Shown here piece by piece: positions 46,581-55,490 of a stretch of DNA of 64,000 nt. The notes below the pieces were generated by a model, which ran no database searches, had not been told where the DNA came from, and worked only from the letters and a program-made list of their open reading frames with translations. The stretch comes from Patescibacteria group bacterium. Lineage in GTDB: Bacteria; Patescibacteriota; Minisyncoccia; Phycocordibacterales; Phycocordibacteraceae. Position 1 is the first letter of the stretch; the number at the start of each line of letters is the position of its first letter. Location: assembly GCA_038064595.1 (NCBI GenBank), contig JBBTSV010000009.1:8769-72768 (forward strand), written 5' to 3'. The translations under genes and the position numbers were made by a program.

Positions 46581-48581
46581 ATGTCGGCAGACGCATCTCT
46601 CGAAGGCCCCATCGTCATGACCCGCAAGGGCTTTGGCTTCTTCCCCTTGGGCGACGATCAAGAAGACCTCCTGATCCCGCCGGAGTGGACCGGCCACGCG
46701 CTCTCAGGCGACGTGGTCAAGGTCGAGCGTGTCGGGACCTATCAAGACCCTTCAGGCCGGATGGCTCCGAGGGAGGCTGGGAAGGTGGTCGAGATCGTCT
46801 CGCGCGCTCGAGAGACATTTGTCGGCACTCTTATTGCCCCGACGCCAGAAGTCGGGGTCCCGACCGAAGCGTCGGGAAAGAGTGAGATCACATTGCTCCA
46901 GTGTGACTATAAGAAGATGTATGTGCCGATTGTCATACTCGACCGCGGTGATGCACCGCTCGGCTACAAGGTGCTTGTGCGCCTGGTAAGCTGGGAGGCC
47001 GACAAAGCGTATCCCCTCGGCGAGATTGAAGAAGTGATCGGCCCCGCAGGAAATCATGAGACCGAGATGCGCTCGCTCGCACTTGGGCAGGGGTTCAGGA
47101 GCGACTTCCCTCCTGGCGTCGTCACAGCAGCACGGGATCTCGAGATGCGCGGTCGGCAGATGCTCGCGGACGAAGCCGAGAATCCCAAACGACGTGATTT
47201 TAGAAAAGTACCGACCTGCACCATCGACCCCTTTGATGCCAAAGACTTTGACGATGCCCTCTCGGTGCAGACCTTGCCCGATGGAAACATTGAAGTGGGC
47301 GTGCACATCGCCGACGTCTCCTTTTTTGTGAAGCCCGGCAACGAGCTCGACAAAGAGGCGCGTGAACGGGCCACGAGTGTCTACCTCGTCGACCGCACGA
47401 TCCCGATGCTCCCCCACATTCTCTCCACCGACCTCTGTTCACTCAATCCCAATGAAGATCGTCTGTCGGTCTCGGCAGTGTTCACGCTCGATACGGATGC
47501 AAACATTGTGAATGAATGGTTCGGCGAAACGGTGATTCACTCTGATAAACGCTTCACGTATGAGAATGCACAAGAGGTGCTCGATGCCGGAAAAGGCGAG
47601 CTTCATGCTGAACTCTCGCTCCTCTACGACCTCTCGAAGAAGATCCGCACGCGCCGCCAAGAGAAGGGGGCGATCGAGTTCGACACCGCTGAAGTCAAAA
47701 TCGAACTCGATGAGACGGGTAAACCAATCGCAATAAAACTCAAAGAGCGCAAAGCGACCAATCTCCTCATTGAAGATTTTATGCTCCTTGCCAACGAGGC
47801 CGTCGCCAAGCACTTGAATAAGCTCACCCGTAACGGCGGCCCCCACTTCGCCTCGCTCTACCGTATCCACGACGAGCCGGACTCTGACCGCATCGAGAAC
47901 CTCGCACACCTCCTGCGCGTCATGGGCTATCACCTGAAAACTGCCGGCGGCAAGGTCACCGGCGCAGAACTGAACAAACTCATGGAGTCGGTCAAGGGCA
48001 CGCCCGAGGAATACCTGGTCAAGACCGCGACCCTGCGCTCGATGAGTAAGGCGGTCTACACGACCCGCAACATTGGCCACTTTGGTCTGGCGTTTGAGTT
48101 CTATACTCACTTCACCTCCCCGATCCGTCGTTATCCCGACCTTATCATCCACCGCTTGGTGAAGGCGCACAGCGGCGGCGACCCTATCACGCCCGCGGAG
48201 ATGCAGGAGTTTGACCGGCTCGCGGTGCACGCCTCGGAGCGCGAGGTGGCGGCCGCCGACGCCGAACGTGATTCTATCAAGATGAAGCAGGTTGAATTTC
48301 TCGCGGAACATATCGGCGAGACCTTTGACGCCGTGATCTCGGGCGTGACCGAGCGCGGCCTCTACGTAGAAGAGCAGACCACCCACGCCGACGGCATGAT
48401 CAACATCCGCGTCCTCGGCGAGCTCCCGGATCAGGTGGGTGATTACTTCGACTTCGAAGAAAAACAGTACAGGCTCGTCGGCCGTCGGACCAAGAAGAGC
48501 TACCGTCTCGGCGACCCCATCCGCGTGAAGCTCATCGCCGCCCGTATTGCCGAAAAAGAGCTCGACTTCCTCCCCGCCTAA
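46581..48581 (+). CDS. rnr: Ribonuclease R (RNB family 3'-5' exoribonuclease)
   Basis: Cold-shock-like N-terminus; RNB catalytic motifs (DPFDAKDFDDALS, GHFGLAFEFYTHFTSPIRRYPDL); C-terminal S1 domain. In-frame E2 element near the N-terminus (EVGVPTEASGKS). Confidence 0.9.
   Translation: MSADASLEGPIVMTRKGFGFFPLGDDQEDLLIPPEWTGHALSGDVVKVERVGTYQDPSGRMAPREAGKVVEIVSRARETFVGTLIAPTPEVGVPTEASGKSEITLLQCDYKKMYVPIVILDRGDAPLGYKVLVRLVSWEADKAYPLGEIEEVIGPAGNHETEMRSLALGQGFRSDFPPGVVTAARDLEMRGRQMLADEAENPKRRDFRKVPTCTIDPFDAKDFDDALSVQTLPDGNIEVGVHIADVSFFVKPGNELDKEARERATSVYLVDRTIPMLPHILSTDLCSLNPNEDRLSVSAVFTLDTDANIVNEWFGETVIHSDKRFTYENAQEVLDAGKGELHAELSLLYDLSKKIRTRRQEKGAIEFDTAEVKIELDETGKPIAIKLKERKATNLLIEDFMLLANEAVAKHLNKLTRNGGPHFASLYRIHDEPDSDRIENLAHLLRVMGYHLKTAGGKVTGAELNKLMESVKGTPEEYLVKTATLRSMSKAVYTTRNIGHFGLAFEFYTHFTSPIRRYPDLIIHRLVKAHSGGDPITPAEMQEFDRLAVHASEREVAAADAERDSIKMKQVEFLAEHIGETFDAVISGVTERGLYVEEQTTHADGMINIRVLGELPDQVGDYFDFEEKQYRLVGRRTKKSYRLGDPIRVKLIAARIAEKELDFLPA
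46838..46877. repeat. E2 nested-palindrome element copy 4, in frame in rnr
   Basis: ccccgacgccagaagtcggggtcccgaccgaagcgtcggg. Confidence 0.8.
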
Positions 48582-48582
48582 T

Positions 48583-48603
48583 TACGGACATCGTAAGTCC
48601 GTA
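48583..48603. repeat. TACGGAC-atcgtaa-GTCCGTA stem-loop motif (fourth copy of the ACGATGTCCGTA family)
   Basis: 7-bp inverted arms; related copies at 1958, 2373 and 44717. Confidence 0.6.
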
Positions 48604-48645
48604 TATTTACTTCGCCACGGCGACGGCTTCGTCGAACTTGACGGA
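48600..48645 (-). other. Duplicated remnant of the smc 3' end (encodes LSVKFDEAVAVAK plus stop), a direct repeat of 49752-49797
   Basis: cggcgacggcttcgtcgaacttgacggagag is shared between the two sites. Both encode the identical SMC C-terminal peptide with a few silent differences. Confidence 0.7.
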
Positions 48646-48661
48646 GAGCAGTCTCCGCCCA

Positions 48662-48688
48662 AAGTTAGGACACCCAGTGTCCTAACTT
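48662..48688. repeat. REP palindrome R2 (AAGTTAGGACAC-CCA-GTGTCCTAACTT)
   Basis: Perfect palindrome; contains the RAYT stop codon. Confidence 0.9.
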
Positions 48689-49329
48689 TCTATCTCATCC
48701 GCTCTTGATGCGAGGTCTGGATTTGAAATGATTTCCTCTATAGTTTGTTCATATTCGCTTGGCATTCCGAGCACAGGAGAAATCTCATTGGACTCGATAA
48801 TTGAAGGAAAATTATGATTACCAAAATAGTCGAGATGACTACTCCACCGATAATTTTGCAAAGCAGTCAGAGCACCTGATACATCCTGTACCTCTCCTTT
48901 TCTCCATTCGGGATGCGTATAGTCAAGCGGGTTCAAATGAATATAGAACGGGATGTAAAGGAAGTGGGCGTCTCGCTCAATGAGCACTTTACGGTATTTG
49001 CCTTGCCACAAGACACCCGATCGCTCGTATCGCCTATTAAAGTATTTTGTGTACCCCATATTCATCTTGTGCATGAACATTGAAATTCCGTTTTCGACCC
49101 TTTCTGATACCAAGAGATGATAGTGATTTTTCATCAGACAGAAAGCATGAATATCAATGAGCCGCTCGCGTTTACGGTGCTCGTCCTTCCGTTCATTCAA
49201 AATATAATTCGGTACGGGATGTACGTCATTGAGAACGAATAAATCATGGGTAAACCTCACTCTGTCTTGATCGTCCATAACAACGTCTCGTTTATCGACT
49301 CCGCGCCCAATCAGATGCCAAAAGTTCAT
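48682..49329 (-). CDS. REP-associated tyrosine transposase (RAYT; IS200/IS605 TnpA-like HUH-Y1)
   Basis: HUH motif in CLMKNHYHLLV and a downstream catalytic Tyr region (YTKYFNRRY), about 215 aa. Flanked on both sides by the same palindrome, which is the classic REP-RAYT arrangement. Confidence 0.8.
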   Translation of the reverse strand: MNFWHLIGRGVDKRDVVMDDQDRVRFTHDLFVLNDVHPVPNYILNERKDEHRKRERLIDIHAFCLMKNHYHLLVSERVENGISMFMHKMNMGYTKYFNRRYERSGVLWQGKYRKVLIERDAHFLYIPFYIHLNPLDYTHPEWRKGEVQDVSGALTALQNYRWSSHLDYFGNHNFPSIIESNEISPVLGMPSEYEQTIEEIISNPDLASRADEIES

Positions 49330-49337
49330 AGCTCTAT

Positions 49338-49359
49338 GTTAGGACACCCAGTGTCCTAG
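49338..49359. repeat. REP palindrome R3
   Basis: gttaggacacccagtgtcctag, immediately upstream of the RAYT start codon. Confidence 0.85.
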
Positions 49360-49390
49360 TTTTTGTCCTATCCCCTGTTTACCATTTCTG

Positions 49391-49420
49391 AAAGTTAGGA
49401 CACTGGGTGTCCTAACTTTC
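49391..49420. repeat. REP palindrome R4 (inverted relative to R3; forms a REPIN-like doublet with a 31-nt spacer)
   Basis: aaagttaggacactgggtgtcctaactttc. Confidence 0.9.
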
Positions 49421-49422
49421 AG

Positions 49423-49749
49423 TTACTCAATGACAAAATCGAGTTGTATTTCTGGGATGCCGAGAGACTTCCCATACTCAACCGCGTCATGCCAGGTCGA
49501 TTTATTGGAGTATAAAATCTCAAACGTTTTGTCCTTAAATACTACGAGCACTTTGTCGTGGCCCGGCTCCCAAAAATGCACGTACCACTTCCCACCTTTA
49601 AGATAGGAGCCAAATTCGGCCGCGAGGTTCTCGCTTATACTTACTTTGTGCACTATCCAATCCCCACTGTGCCACGTCTTTAAAATCTGTACGTTATCGA
49701 GCACACCTCTATCGCTCAAACTATTCTCAATTACCGTGCCCGTAAGCAT
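49423..49749 (-). CDS. Hypothetical protein (108 aa) carried inside the REP/RAYT module
   Basis: ORF MLTGTVIENSLSD...KWYVHFWEPGHDKVLVVF..., no known family. Its stop abuts REP R4 and its start abuts the smc stop. Confidence 0.4.
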   Translation of the reverse strand: MLTGTVIENSLSDRGVLDNVQILKTWHSGDWIVHKVSISENLAAEFGSYLKGGKWYVHFWEPGHDKVLVVFKDKTFEILYSNKSTWHDAVEYGKSLGIPEIQLDFVIE

Positions 49750-49750
49750 G

Positions 49751-51967
49751 CTATTTCGCGACGGCGACGGCTTCGTCGAACTTGACGGAGAGAAGCTTAC
49801 TGACGCCGTCTGAACCCATGGTCACGCCGTAGAGGATACTGGTGCGGCTCATGGTCTCGCGGTTATGGGTGATTACAATCAGCTGACTCTTCTGCGCCAA
49901 GTTTTCGATCATGTCGCCGTAGCGGCGGCTGTTGGCCTCGTCGAGCGCCGCGTCGGTCTCGTCGAGGATGAGGAAGGGCGGCGGGTTGACCTGGCTCATG
50001 GCGAAGATGAGTGCGATCGAGGTGAGCGCGCGCTCACCACCTGAAAGCTGCATGAGTGAGCGCACCTTCTTCTTGGGTAGATTGACCGCAATCTCGATGC
50101 CCGCGCGCTCCTTCTTTTCTTCTGCTCCACTCTCGAGCTCGGTCTCATCGAGATCGTCAAGTACTTCCACTTCTTCAGGCTCTTCGAGCGTGAGGCGTGC
50201 GTTCCCGCCACCGAACATAAGCGCAAAATATTCACTAAAGGAGGCATTCACCTTTGCTAACCCTTCTGAGAAATGCTTAGCTAGTTCCGTATCCAAGTCG
50301 GTGATGAGTCCGCGCAGGCTCGCGGCAGACTTCGCGAGATCGTCGAGCTCACTCGCGAGGAATGTCTCGCGCTCTGACACTTCTTTATGCTCCTGACGAA
50401 TCTCTTCACCGGTACCCCCCGCTTCTTCAAGGCGGATCTTGAGGCGCTCAAGACCGCGCTGACGGTCTTCTTGTGCCTTACGCTCTTCTTCTGGCACACG
50501 CTCAAGCGGCGTGTACGAGAGCGCCGCAATGCCCGCGATCGCGAGTACCTCGCTCTTATTGCGCTCGAGCGTCTCCACAAGAAGCGTGAGTTCATATTCT
50601 CGTGCTTCATACTTGGCTATCATCCCTTCCTCATGCGCCTTTGACTGCGCTGCGTCGAGGATTCGACGGCGGATCTCACGCCCCGTTTCTTCAAGCACTA
50701 TCATCCCTTCTCTCGCGCGGGCGCGCGCAAGCTCGGCTTCTTCAAGAGCGCGAGAGGTTTGGGTAAATTTTTCTGCAAGCTCGGTCTGTTCACGTTCAAG
50801 CTTGTGTACCGCATCTTCTTCATCAGAGAGCCGCTCACTGTTTGGCGATCCATGCCGTGTAAAGAAAAAACGAATTGCACGAGTAATTGCGTCGAGTGCC
50901 GCACGTAACGACTCGACGGTCCCCCCTGCGTTCGCCGACTGCGTCTCCACTTCTGCGCGTAGCGACTCAAGCTCCTCACGCGCGACCTTGGCATATGGCT
51001 CACGCGCAACCGCTGCTGCACGACGCTTCACTTCAGCAAGTGCACCTTCAACACGACCCGTCTCCCGTGAGAGTGTGGCGCGCGCGCTTGAGAGCTCGGA
51101 GACCTCGCGCTCTGCTCTGCGCAGTACCTCAGTACGCGATATCGTCTCCTTGTCTGCCGACTTGGGGTCGGCGACCAGATCAAGCTCCGCGCTCACGGCC
51201 GCGAGTCGCTCCTTGGCATGCGCAAGCGCGACTGCTGCTGCCTGCTTCTCTCTCACTACATAGGCATCTTCGATAGAGAAGTATGTTTGTGCAAGACTCG
51301 TGAGCTCGCTCCGGAGCGCGTCTGAACGCTCAAGCTTCTTAACTTGACCTTCCAAGAAGCGCAGATGCGGTGCGAGCTCGCGACGGAGTGAGTTCACTTG
51401 GACAATGTTGTCCTCCGTCTTCTCGAGCTTACGCGTGGCCTCCTGCTTTTTAAACTCATACACTTTGAGCCCAAGCGCGTCCTCGAGCATCGCGCGGCGA
51501 TCTCGCGCTGACGCGAGCAGGATCCGGTCTGCCTCGCCTTGAGAAATAATGTGGTGACTCGTGTCGCCGATGTTCGCCCCCGCAAGCAACTCCTCGATAT
51601 CACGCAGTCGGACTCGAGAACCATTAATCGAATACTCGCTCGTCCCATCACGGAAGACAACGCGCTCGATCGCCACTTCGTCAAAATCGATTTTGAAAAT
51701 GCGTCGCGCATTATCGAAGACGACCACCACTGATGCACGGTTTGCGCGAGACGCCGTGTGGGAACCGTTGAAGATAAGATCCTCCGCGCGCTTGCCGCGC
51801 ATGCTCTTCATCGACTGCTCGCCAAGCGCAAAGCGAAATGCTTCGGCGACATTACTTTTGCCGGAACCATTCGGCCCTACGATCGCCGTAGTCGCACTCG
51901 AAAAGTCGAGTACCGTTTTCTTGGCAAAGGATTTAAACCCAACGATCTCAAGTCGCTTTAACATCAC
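49751..51967 (-). CDS. smc: SMC-like chromosome segregation ATPase, short form (738 aa)
   Basis: Walker A VGPNGSGKSN, coiled coils, ABC signature LSGGERALTSIAL, Walker B/D-loop ILDETDAALD. Confidence 0.75.
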   Translation of the reverse strand: MMLKRLEIVGFKSFAKKTVLDFSSATTAIVGPNGSGKSNVAEAFRFALGEQSMKSMRGKRAEDLIFNGSHTASRANRASVVVVFDNARRIFKIDFDEVAIERVVFRDGTSEYSINGSRVRLRDIEELLAGANIGDTSHHIISQGEADRILLASARDRRAMLEDALGLKVYEFKKQEATRKLEKTEDNIVQVNSLRRELAPHLRFLEGQVKKLERSDALRSELTSLAQTYFSIEDAYVVREKQAAAVALAHAKERLAAVSAELDLVADPKSADKETISRTEVLRRAEREVSELSSARATLSRETGRVEGALAEVKRRAAAVAREPYAKVAREELESLRAEVETQSANAGGTVESLRAALDAITRAIRFFFTRHGSPNSERLSDEEDAVHKLEREQTELAEKFTQTSRALEEAELARARAREGMIVLEETGREIRRRILDAAQSKAHEEGMIAKYEAREYELTLLVETLERNKSEVLAIAGIAALSYTPLERVPEEERKAQEDRQRGLERLKIRLEEAGGTGEEIRQEHKEVSERETFLASELDDLAKSAASLRGLITDLDTELAKHFSEGLAKVNASFSEYFALMFGGGNARLTLEEPEEVEVLDDLDETELESGAEEKKERAGIEIAVNLPKKKVRSLMQLSGGERALTSIALIFAMSQVNPPPFLILDETDAALDEANSRRYGDMIENLAQKSQLIVITHNRETMSRTSILYGVTMGSDGVSKLLSVKFDEAVAVAK

Positions 51968-51994
51968 TCACTATTGTAGCAAATGTCTGTGGCA

Positions 51995-52687
51995 CTACGC
52001 CCACGCAAGTGTGGCAAGTCCCGCCTCGGCAGCAGCCTGCTCGGCCTCCTGCTTGCTCTGCCCGTTGCCGCGCGCAATCTCCTTCTCACCGATAAAGACG
52101 CCGACCGTGAAGAGCTTGGCGTGGTCGGGACCCTCCTCTGAAATCGTTTCGTAGGTGGGAGTGATGCCCTTCTTCTCCTGCGCAAGCTCCTGAAAGCGGC
52201 TTTTCGCGTCTTGGTAAGAACGCAGGGCGATGATGTCATCAATTTTTCCAAAAAGATTCTTCGCGATAAATGATTCGGCCTCCCCAAAGCCTTGGTCAAG
52301 ATACAATGCGCCGATGATCGCCTCAAATGCATCAGCAAGGATCACGTCGCGCGCGCGGCCGGTATCTTTCGCTTCGCCCTTCGACAATAGAAGAAATTCA
52401 TTGATCCCAAGTGCTTGAGCGCTCTCGGCGAGCGAGACTGTGTTCACGAGCGCGGCACGGTAGCTGGTGAGCTCGCCCTCTGGCTTGGCCGGATATTTTT
52501 TATAGAGAAAGTCGGTCGCGGCGAGCTCCAAAACCGCGTCGCCGAGAAACTCGAGTCGCTCATTATGAGCTCCCGAATAATCGCGATGTTCGTTGAGATA
52601 GGAGCGGTGCGTCAGCGCCTCGACCAAGAGGGCGGGGTTGATAAATGTGAGACCGAGCTTCTCTGCACAGAGGGAGACGTCAGGCAT
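51995..52687 (-). CDS. rnc: Ribonuclease III
   Basis: NERLEFLGDAVLE RNase III signature; C-terminal dsRBD. Confidence 0.9.
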   Translation of the reverse strand: MPDVSLCAEKLGLTFINPALLVEALTHRSYLNEHRDYSGAHNERLEFLGDAVLELAATDFLYKKYPAKPEGELTSYRAALVNTVSLAESAQALGINEFLLLSKGEAKDTGRARDVILADAFEAIIGALYLDQGFGEAESFIAKNLFGKIDDIIALRSYQDAKSRFQELAQEKKGITPTYETISEEGPDHAKLFTVGVFIGEKEIARGNGQSKQEAEQAAAEAGLATLAWA

Positions 52688-52719
52688 ATCAAGCTAGTAT
52701 GCCGCAGACAGACGAGAAA

Positions 52720-53646
52720 TCAATGCCCCGACTTACTCGACTTATCGAGAAGCTTCTGAACTGCGTTCGTCACGATCGGCAGCATGTCGTCGTAAAAATT
52801 GAGATCAATGATGTCTTGAAGGCGGAACCATTTGGCGTCGTCGAGCCCTCCCTTGCCTTGCTGGAGCTGAAGCGGCTCAAAGGCTGAGTGTGCAAGAAAG
52901 TAGACCACACGCTTACGGTACTTCCCGCGCTCAGGGTGTGACGCGGTGTACTCATTTTCACCGATCTTCTCCTCGATTGTAATATCGAGCCCGATCTCCT
53001 CTTTAATTTCCCGCACCGTGCCCTGCTCAGCGGTCTCGTTCTCGATTGCCGGATTGTCGCCAATTTTACCCTTTGAGAGTGTCCAGTGGCCAAATACGTC
53101 GTGCACGAGCGCAAGATAAATCTGACCCTCGTGTTTAGCGTAGACCACCGCACCACCAAGCTGCTGCAAAGGAAGATCTTCATACCGCTTCTTCTGTTTG
53201 TTCTTTCCTTGATCTTCTTTGCCCGGTTCACCGAGCTCCTTATAGACGGCGCCAAGGACTCCGTTCACGAAGCGTCCGCTTGAATCACCACCGAAGGTTT
53301 TGGCGAGTTCGATCGCCTCGTTGATCGCCACCTTAGCCGGCACCTGGGTCCGATCGGCAAAGAGAAGCTCAAAGAGCCCCAGCCGGAGAATGTTGCGGTC
53401 GACGGGAGCAATACGGTCAAGTGGCCACTCGGGAGCGGCCTTCTCGATCACGAGATCAATGTCTTGTTGCTTTGCGAGCACGCCGTGAAGGAGGCCGTCC
53501 ACAAACGATCGATCAATATCATCGCCCCCAAACTCGACAATATTACGCTCGAGAATGGCTTTGGCTTCTTCAAGAGAAGCGTGCGTCGTATCCCACTCAA
53601 ACAGTGTTTGGAGAACAACGGAGCGTGCGAGATGTCGGTTCGCCAT
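52720..53646 (-). CDS. nusB: NusB-like antitermination domain fused to a Nudix hydrolase domain
   Basis: N-terminal about 150 aa carrying NusB signatures (ARSVVLQTLFEWD..., RIAPVDRNILRLGLFELLF, INEAIELAKTFGGDSSGRFVNGVL). C-terminal Nudix box GKIGDNPAIENETAEQGTVREIKEEIGLDI (Gx5Ex7REUxEExGU). Confidence 0.75.
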   Translation of the reverse strand: MANRHLARSVVLQTLFEWDTTHASLEEAKAILERNIVEFGGDDIDRSFVDGLLHGVLAKQQDIDLVIEKAAPEWPLDRIAPVDRNILRLGLFELLFADRTQVPAKVAINEAIELAKTFGGDSSGRFVNGVLGAVYKELGEPGKEDQGKNKQKKRYEDLPLQQLGGAVVYAKHEGQIYLALVHDVFGHWTLSKGKIGDNPAIENETAEQGTVREIKEEIGLDITIEEKIGENEYTASHPERGKYRKRVVYFLAHSAFEPLQLQQGKGGLDDAKWFRLQDIIDLNFYDDMLPIVTNAVQKLLDKSSKSGH

Positions 53647-53813
53647 GGAAAGATCTGTACTTGGAGTATATCAGTAAAAAGAGATGCGCAAACGCACAAT
53701 GTGTAAAAGCGCGCACCTTTGTTTATTGAGGGAGCTCCGCAGCGCTGGCGCGAGGCCGAGCAAATTTTCAGCAGAAAATTATGCGTCTCCCGAAAGAGAC
53801 AAAGGTGCGGCGC

Positions 53814-54170
53814 TTAAACCCCGCCGCCGAAACCTGAACGTGCCTTGGGGCGCCCACCGGTCGAGACCTTGCCCGTCACTCCCTTACCGAGCTTCGCCTC
53901 TGCGTTGGCGTGCTCATCGTGGGCATGATCGTGCGCATGCGGCGCGACCGGCGCCGTCGAAGGGCCCTTCACCTTCTCTTTGCCCGAGACCTTTGCCACG
54001 CGCGCCGGCGCGATCTGCTTGCCGCGATACATGCCGGTCGCTTCGTCGAGACGGTGCGGGAGACGGGTGTTACCGCTCTCCTTGTCCTTGACGACTTTCG
54101 TCGCCGTGAGGGCGTGGTGAGAGCGGCGGTTGTTGGTGTGGCCACGGGTGTGGCGCATGCGGATTGACAT
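53814..54170 (-). CDS. rpmF: 50S ribosomal protein bL32 with His-rich C-terminal extension
   Basis: NRRSHHALTATKVVKDKESGNTRLPHRLDEATGMYRGKQI matches the bL32 pattern (R.HDAL.A...D..SGE..L.HH....G.YRG..V). Start taken at the internal MSIRMRHTRG. C-terminal APHAHDHAHDEHANAE extension. Confidence 0.55.
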   Translation of the reverse strand: MSIRMRHTRGHTNNRRSHHALTATKVVKDKESGNTRLPHRLDEATGMYRGKQIAPARVAKVSGKEKVKGPSTAPVAPHAHDHAHDEHANAEAKLGKGVTGKVSTGGRPKARSGFGGGV

Positions 54171-54867
54171 ACGCCCTACCCTACCATGCCTGCGTAAAAT
54201 TGGAAAGCGCCGGCCCGTTGTGGTGGGTCGGCGCTGTCTCGGGCGGCGCTTGTGGCGCCTCACCCGTTTGGCGAAGCCTGCTGCTTCGCGGACTTCACGG
54301 CGTAGATGGCCGCGAAGACCGGATGCGGCTCGTGAATCGGCACCGGTGGGCGTTGCGGGAACTGCAGGGGTACCCCCTGTTTCTCGGGGGTAGGAGTTCT
54401 CGACTCCTTCTTTTTCATGTGTTTCTCCTAGGTTTTTTCCTTCTTTGCATCCAACCACCCGGCTGGACACAAGCTGATAGTATAGTCTTATTTGTATATG
54501 AAATCAAGGCTTTCTCGTGACGGGTGTGGAAATCAAAACGCCGCCCGGGTGTGGCGGCGTTTCGTGGGCGGCCCTTGTGGGGCCTAGCGACGAAGATCGC
54601 AGTGGAGTGCCTGCCCCGGGTTCACCGGCGCGTGGCGGATGCTGCAACAGACGGTCTCTCCGTGCGGCGTCGGGTCGATGACCCGAGCACCCACGCACGG
54701 CCGCCCATTGATCACGCACGACCCAAAGTCGTGCAGTTTCAGTAGGTCGACGGTCGCCGATAGCGTGCCGTTGTCGTTCTGCTGCGGAATCAGTAGTTCT
54801 GAACGCATATCCTCACTCCTCAGTGTTCCTGCCATTTTGTGATGGGACCCCATCACAAGCCTCCACA

Positions 54868-55467
54868 CTACCCCTGCCCCTTTGGCAAATCAAGGTGGAT
54901 GAAAGTGCGGCGGTGGATAGCTGATAGGCCGTATTTTTTAAGTGCTTCATAGTGCGCCGCGGTACCATACCCCTTGTGTTGCTCAAGGCCGTAGTGCGGA
55001 TACTCTTTTGCGAGCTCCACCATGAGTCTGTCGCGCGTCACCTTGGCCACTATTGAGGCGAGCGATATGAGCGGCACGAGCTCGTCGCCGTTAATAATCG
55101 TCTCTTGCGCATATTCACTCGGCGCGCGTAGCGCGCCGTCAAGTAGCACGTGCACCAACGCGCTGTCTGGTGCAAGTGCGCTCACGCCGCGCGCGAGCGC
55201 GCGGCGCACTGCAGTCGCTATCCCCTCCTCATCTATCGCTGCGGCACTCTCGATCTCAACACGAAACTGCGCGTCGCCTTTGGCGACGCGTTCTTCAAGC
55301 ATCGTAAAAAGTGCCTCGCGTTTCTTTTCTGAAAGCTTCTTCGAGTCCCGCACGCCCGGGAACTCCTTCGCGACGTCGAAGCCTTCTGGCACCATCACGA
55401 CCCCCACGGCCACCGGCCCTGCCAAGGGGCCCCTCCCCGCCTCATCTGCCCCCAGGAGAAACTGCAT
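54868..55467 (-). CDS. rnhB: Ribonuclease HII
   Basis: GADEAGRGPLAGPV N-terminal motif with the catalytic DE. Confidence 0.85.
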   Translation of the reverse strand: MQFLLGADEAGRGPLAGPVAVGVVMVPEGFDVAKEFPGVRDSKKLSEKKREALFTMLEERVAKGDAQFRVEIESAAAIDEEGIATAVRRALARGVSALAPDSALVHVLLDGALRAPSEYAQETIINGDELVPLISLASIVAKVTRDRLMVELAKEYPHYGLEQHKGYGTAAHYEALKKYGLSAIHRRTFIHLDLPKGQG

Positions 55468-55490
55468 GAGAAAAGTATATACTGGAGCCT

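Larger units (their letters stand above)
48646..49750 (-). mobile_element. REP/RAYT mobile module (RAYT gene, three REP palindromes, 108-aa cargo ORF) inserted at the smc 3' end
   Basis: Bounded by the roughly 40-bp smc 3'-end direct repeat. Contains an HUH-Y1 transposase flanked by inverted REP copies. Confidence 0.7.

Noticed and set aside
53814-54470. Long form of the bL32 ORF (218 aa).
   Set aside because: The N-terminal 100 aa are Arg/Pro-rich low complexity with no homology. The internal Met gives a canonical bL32 start.
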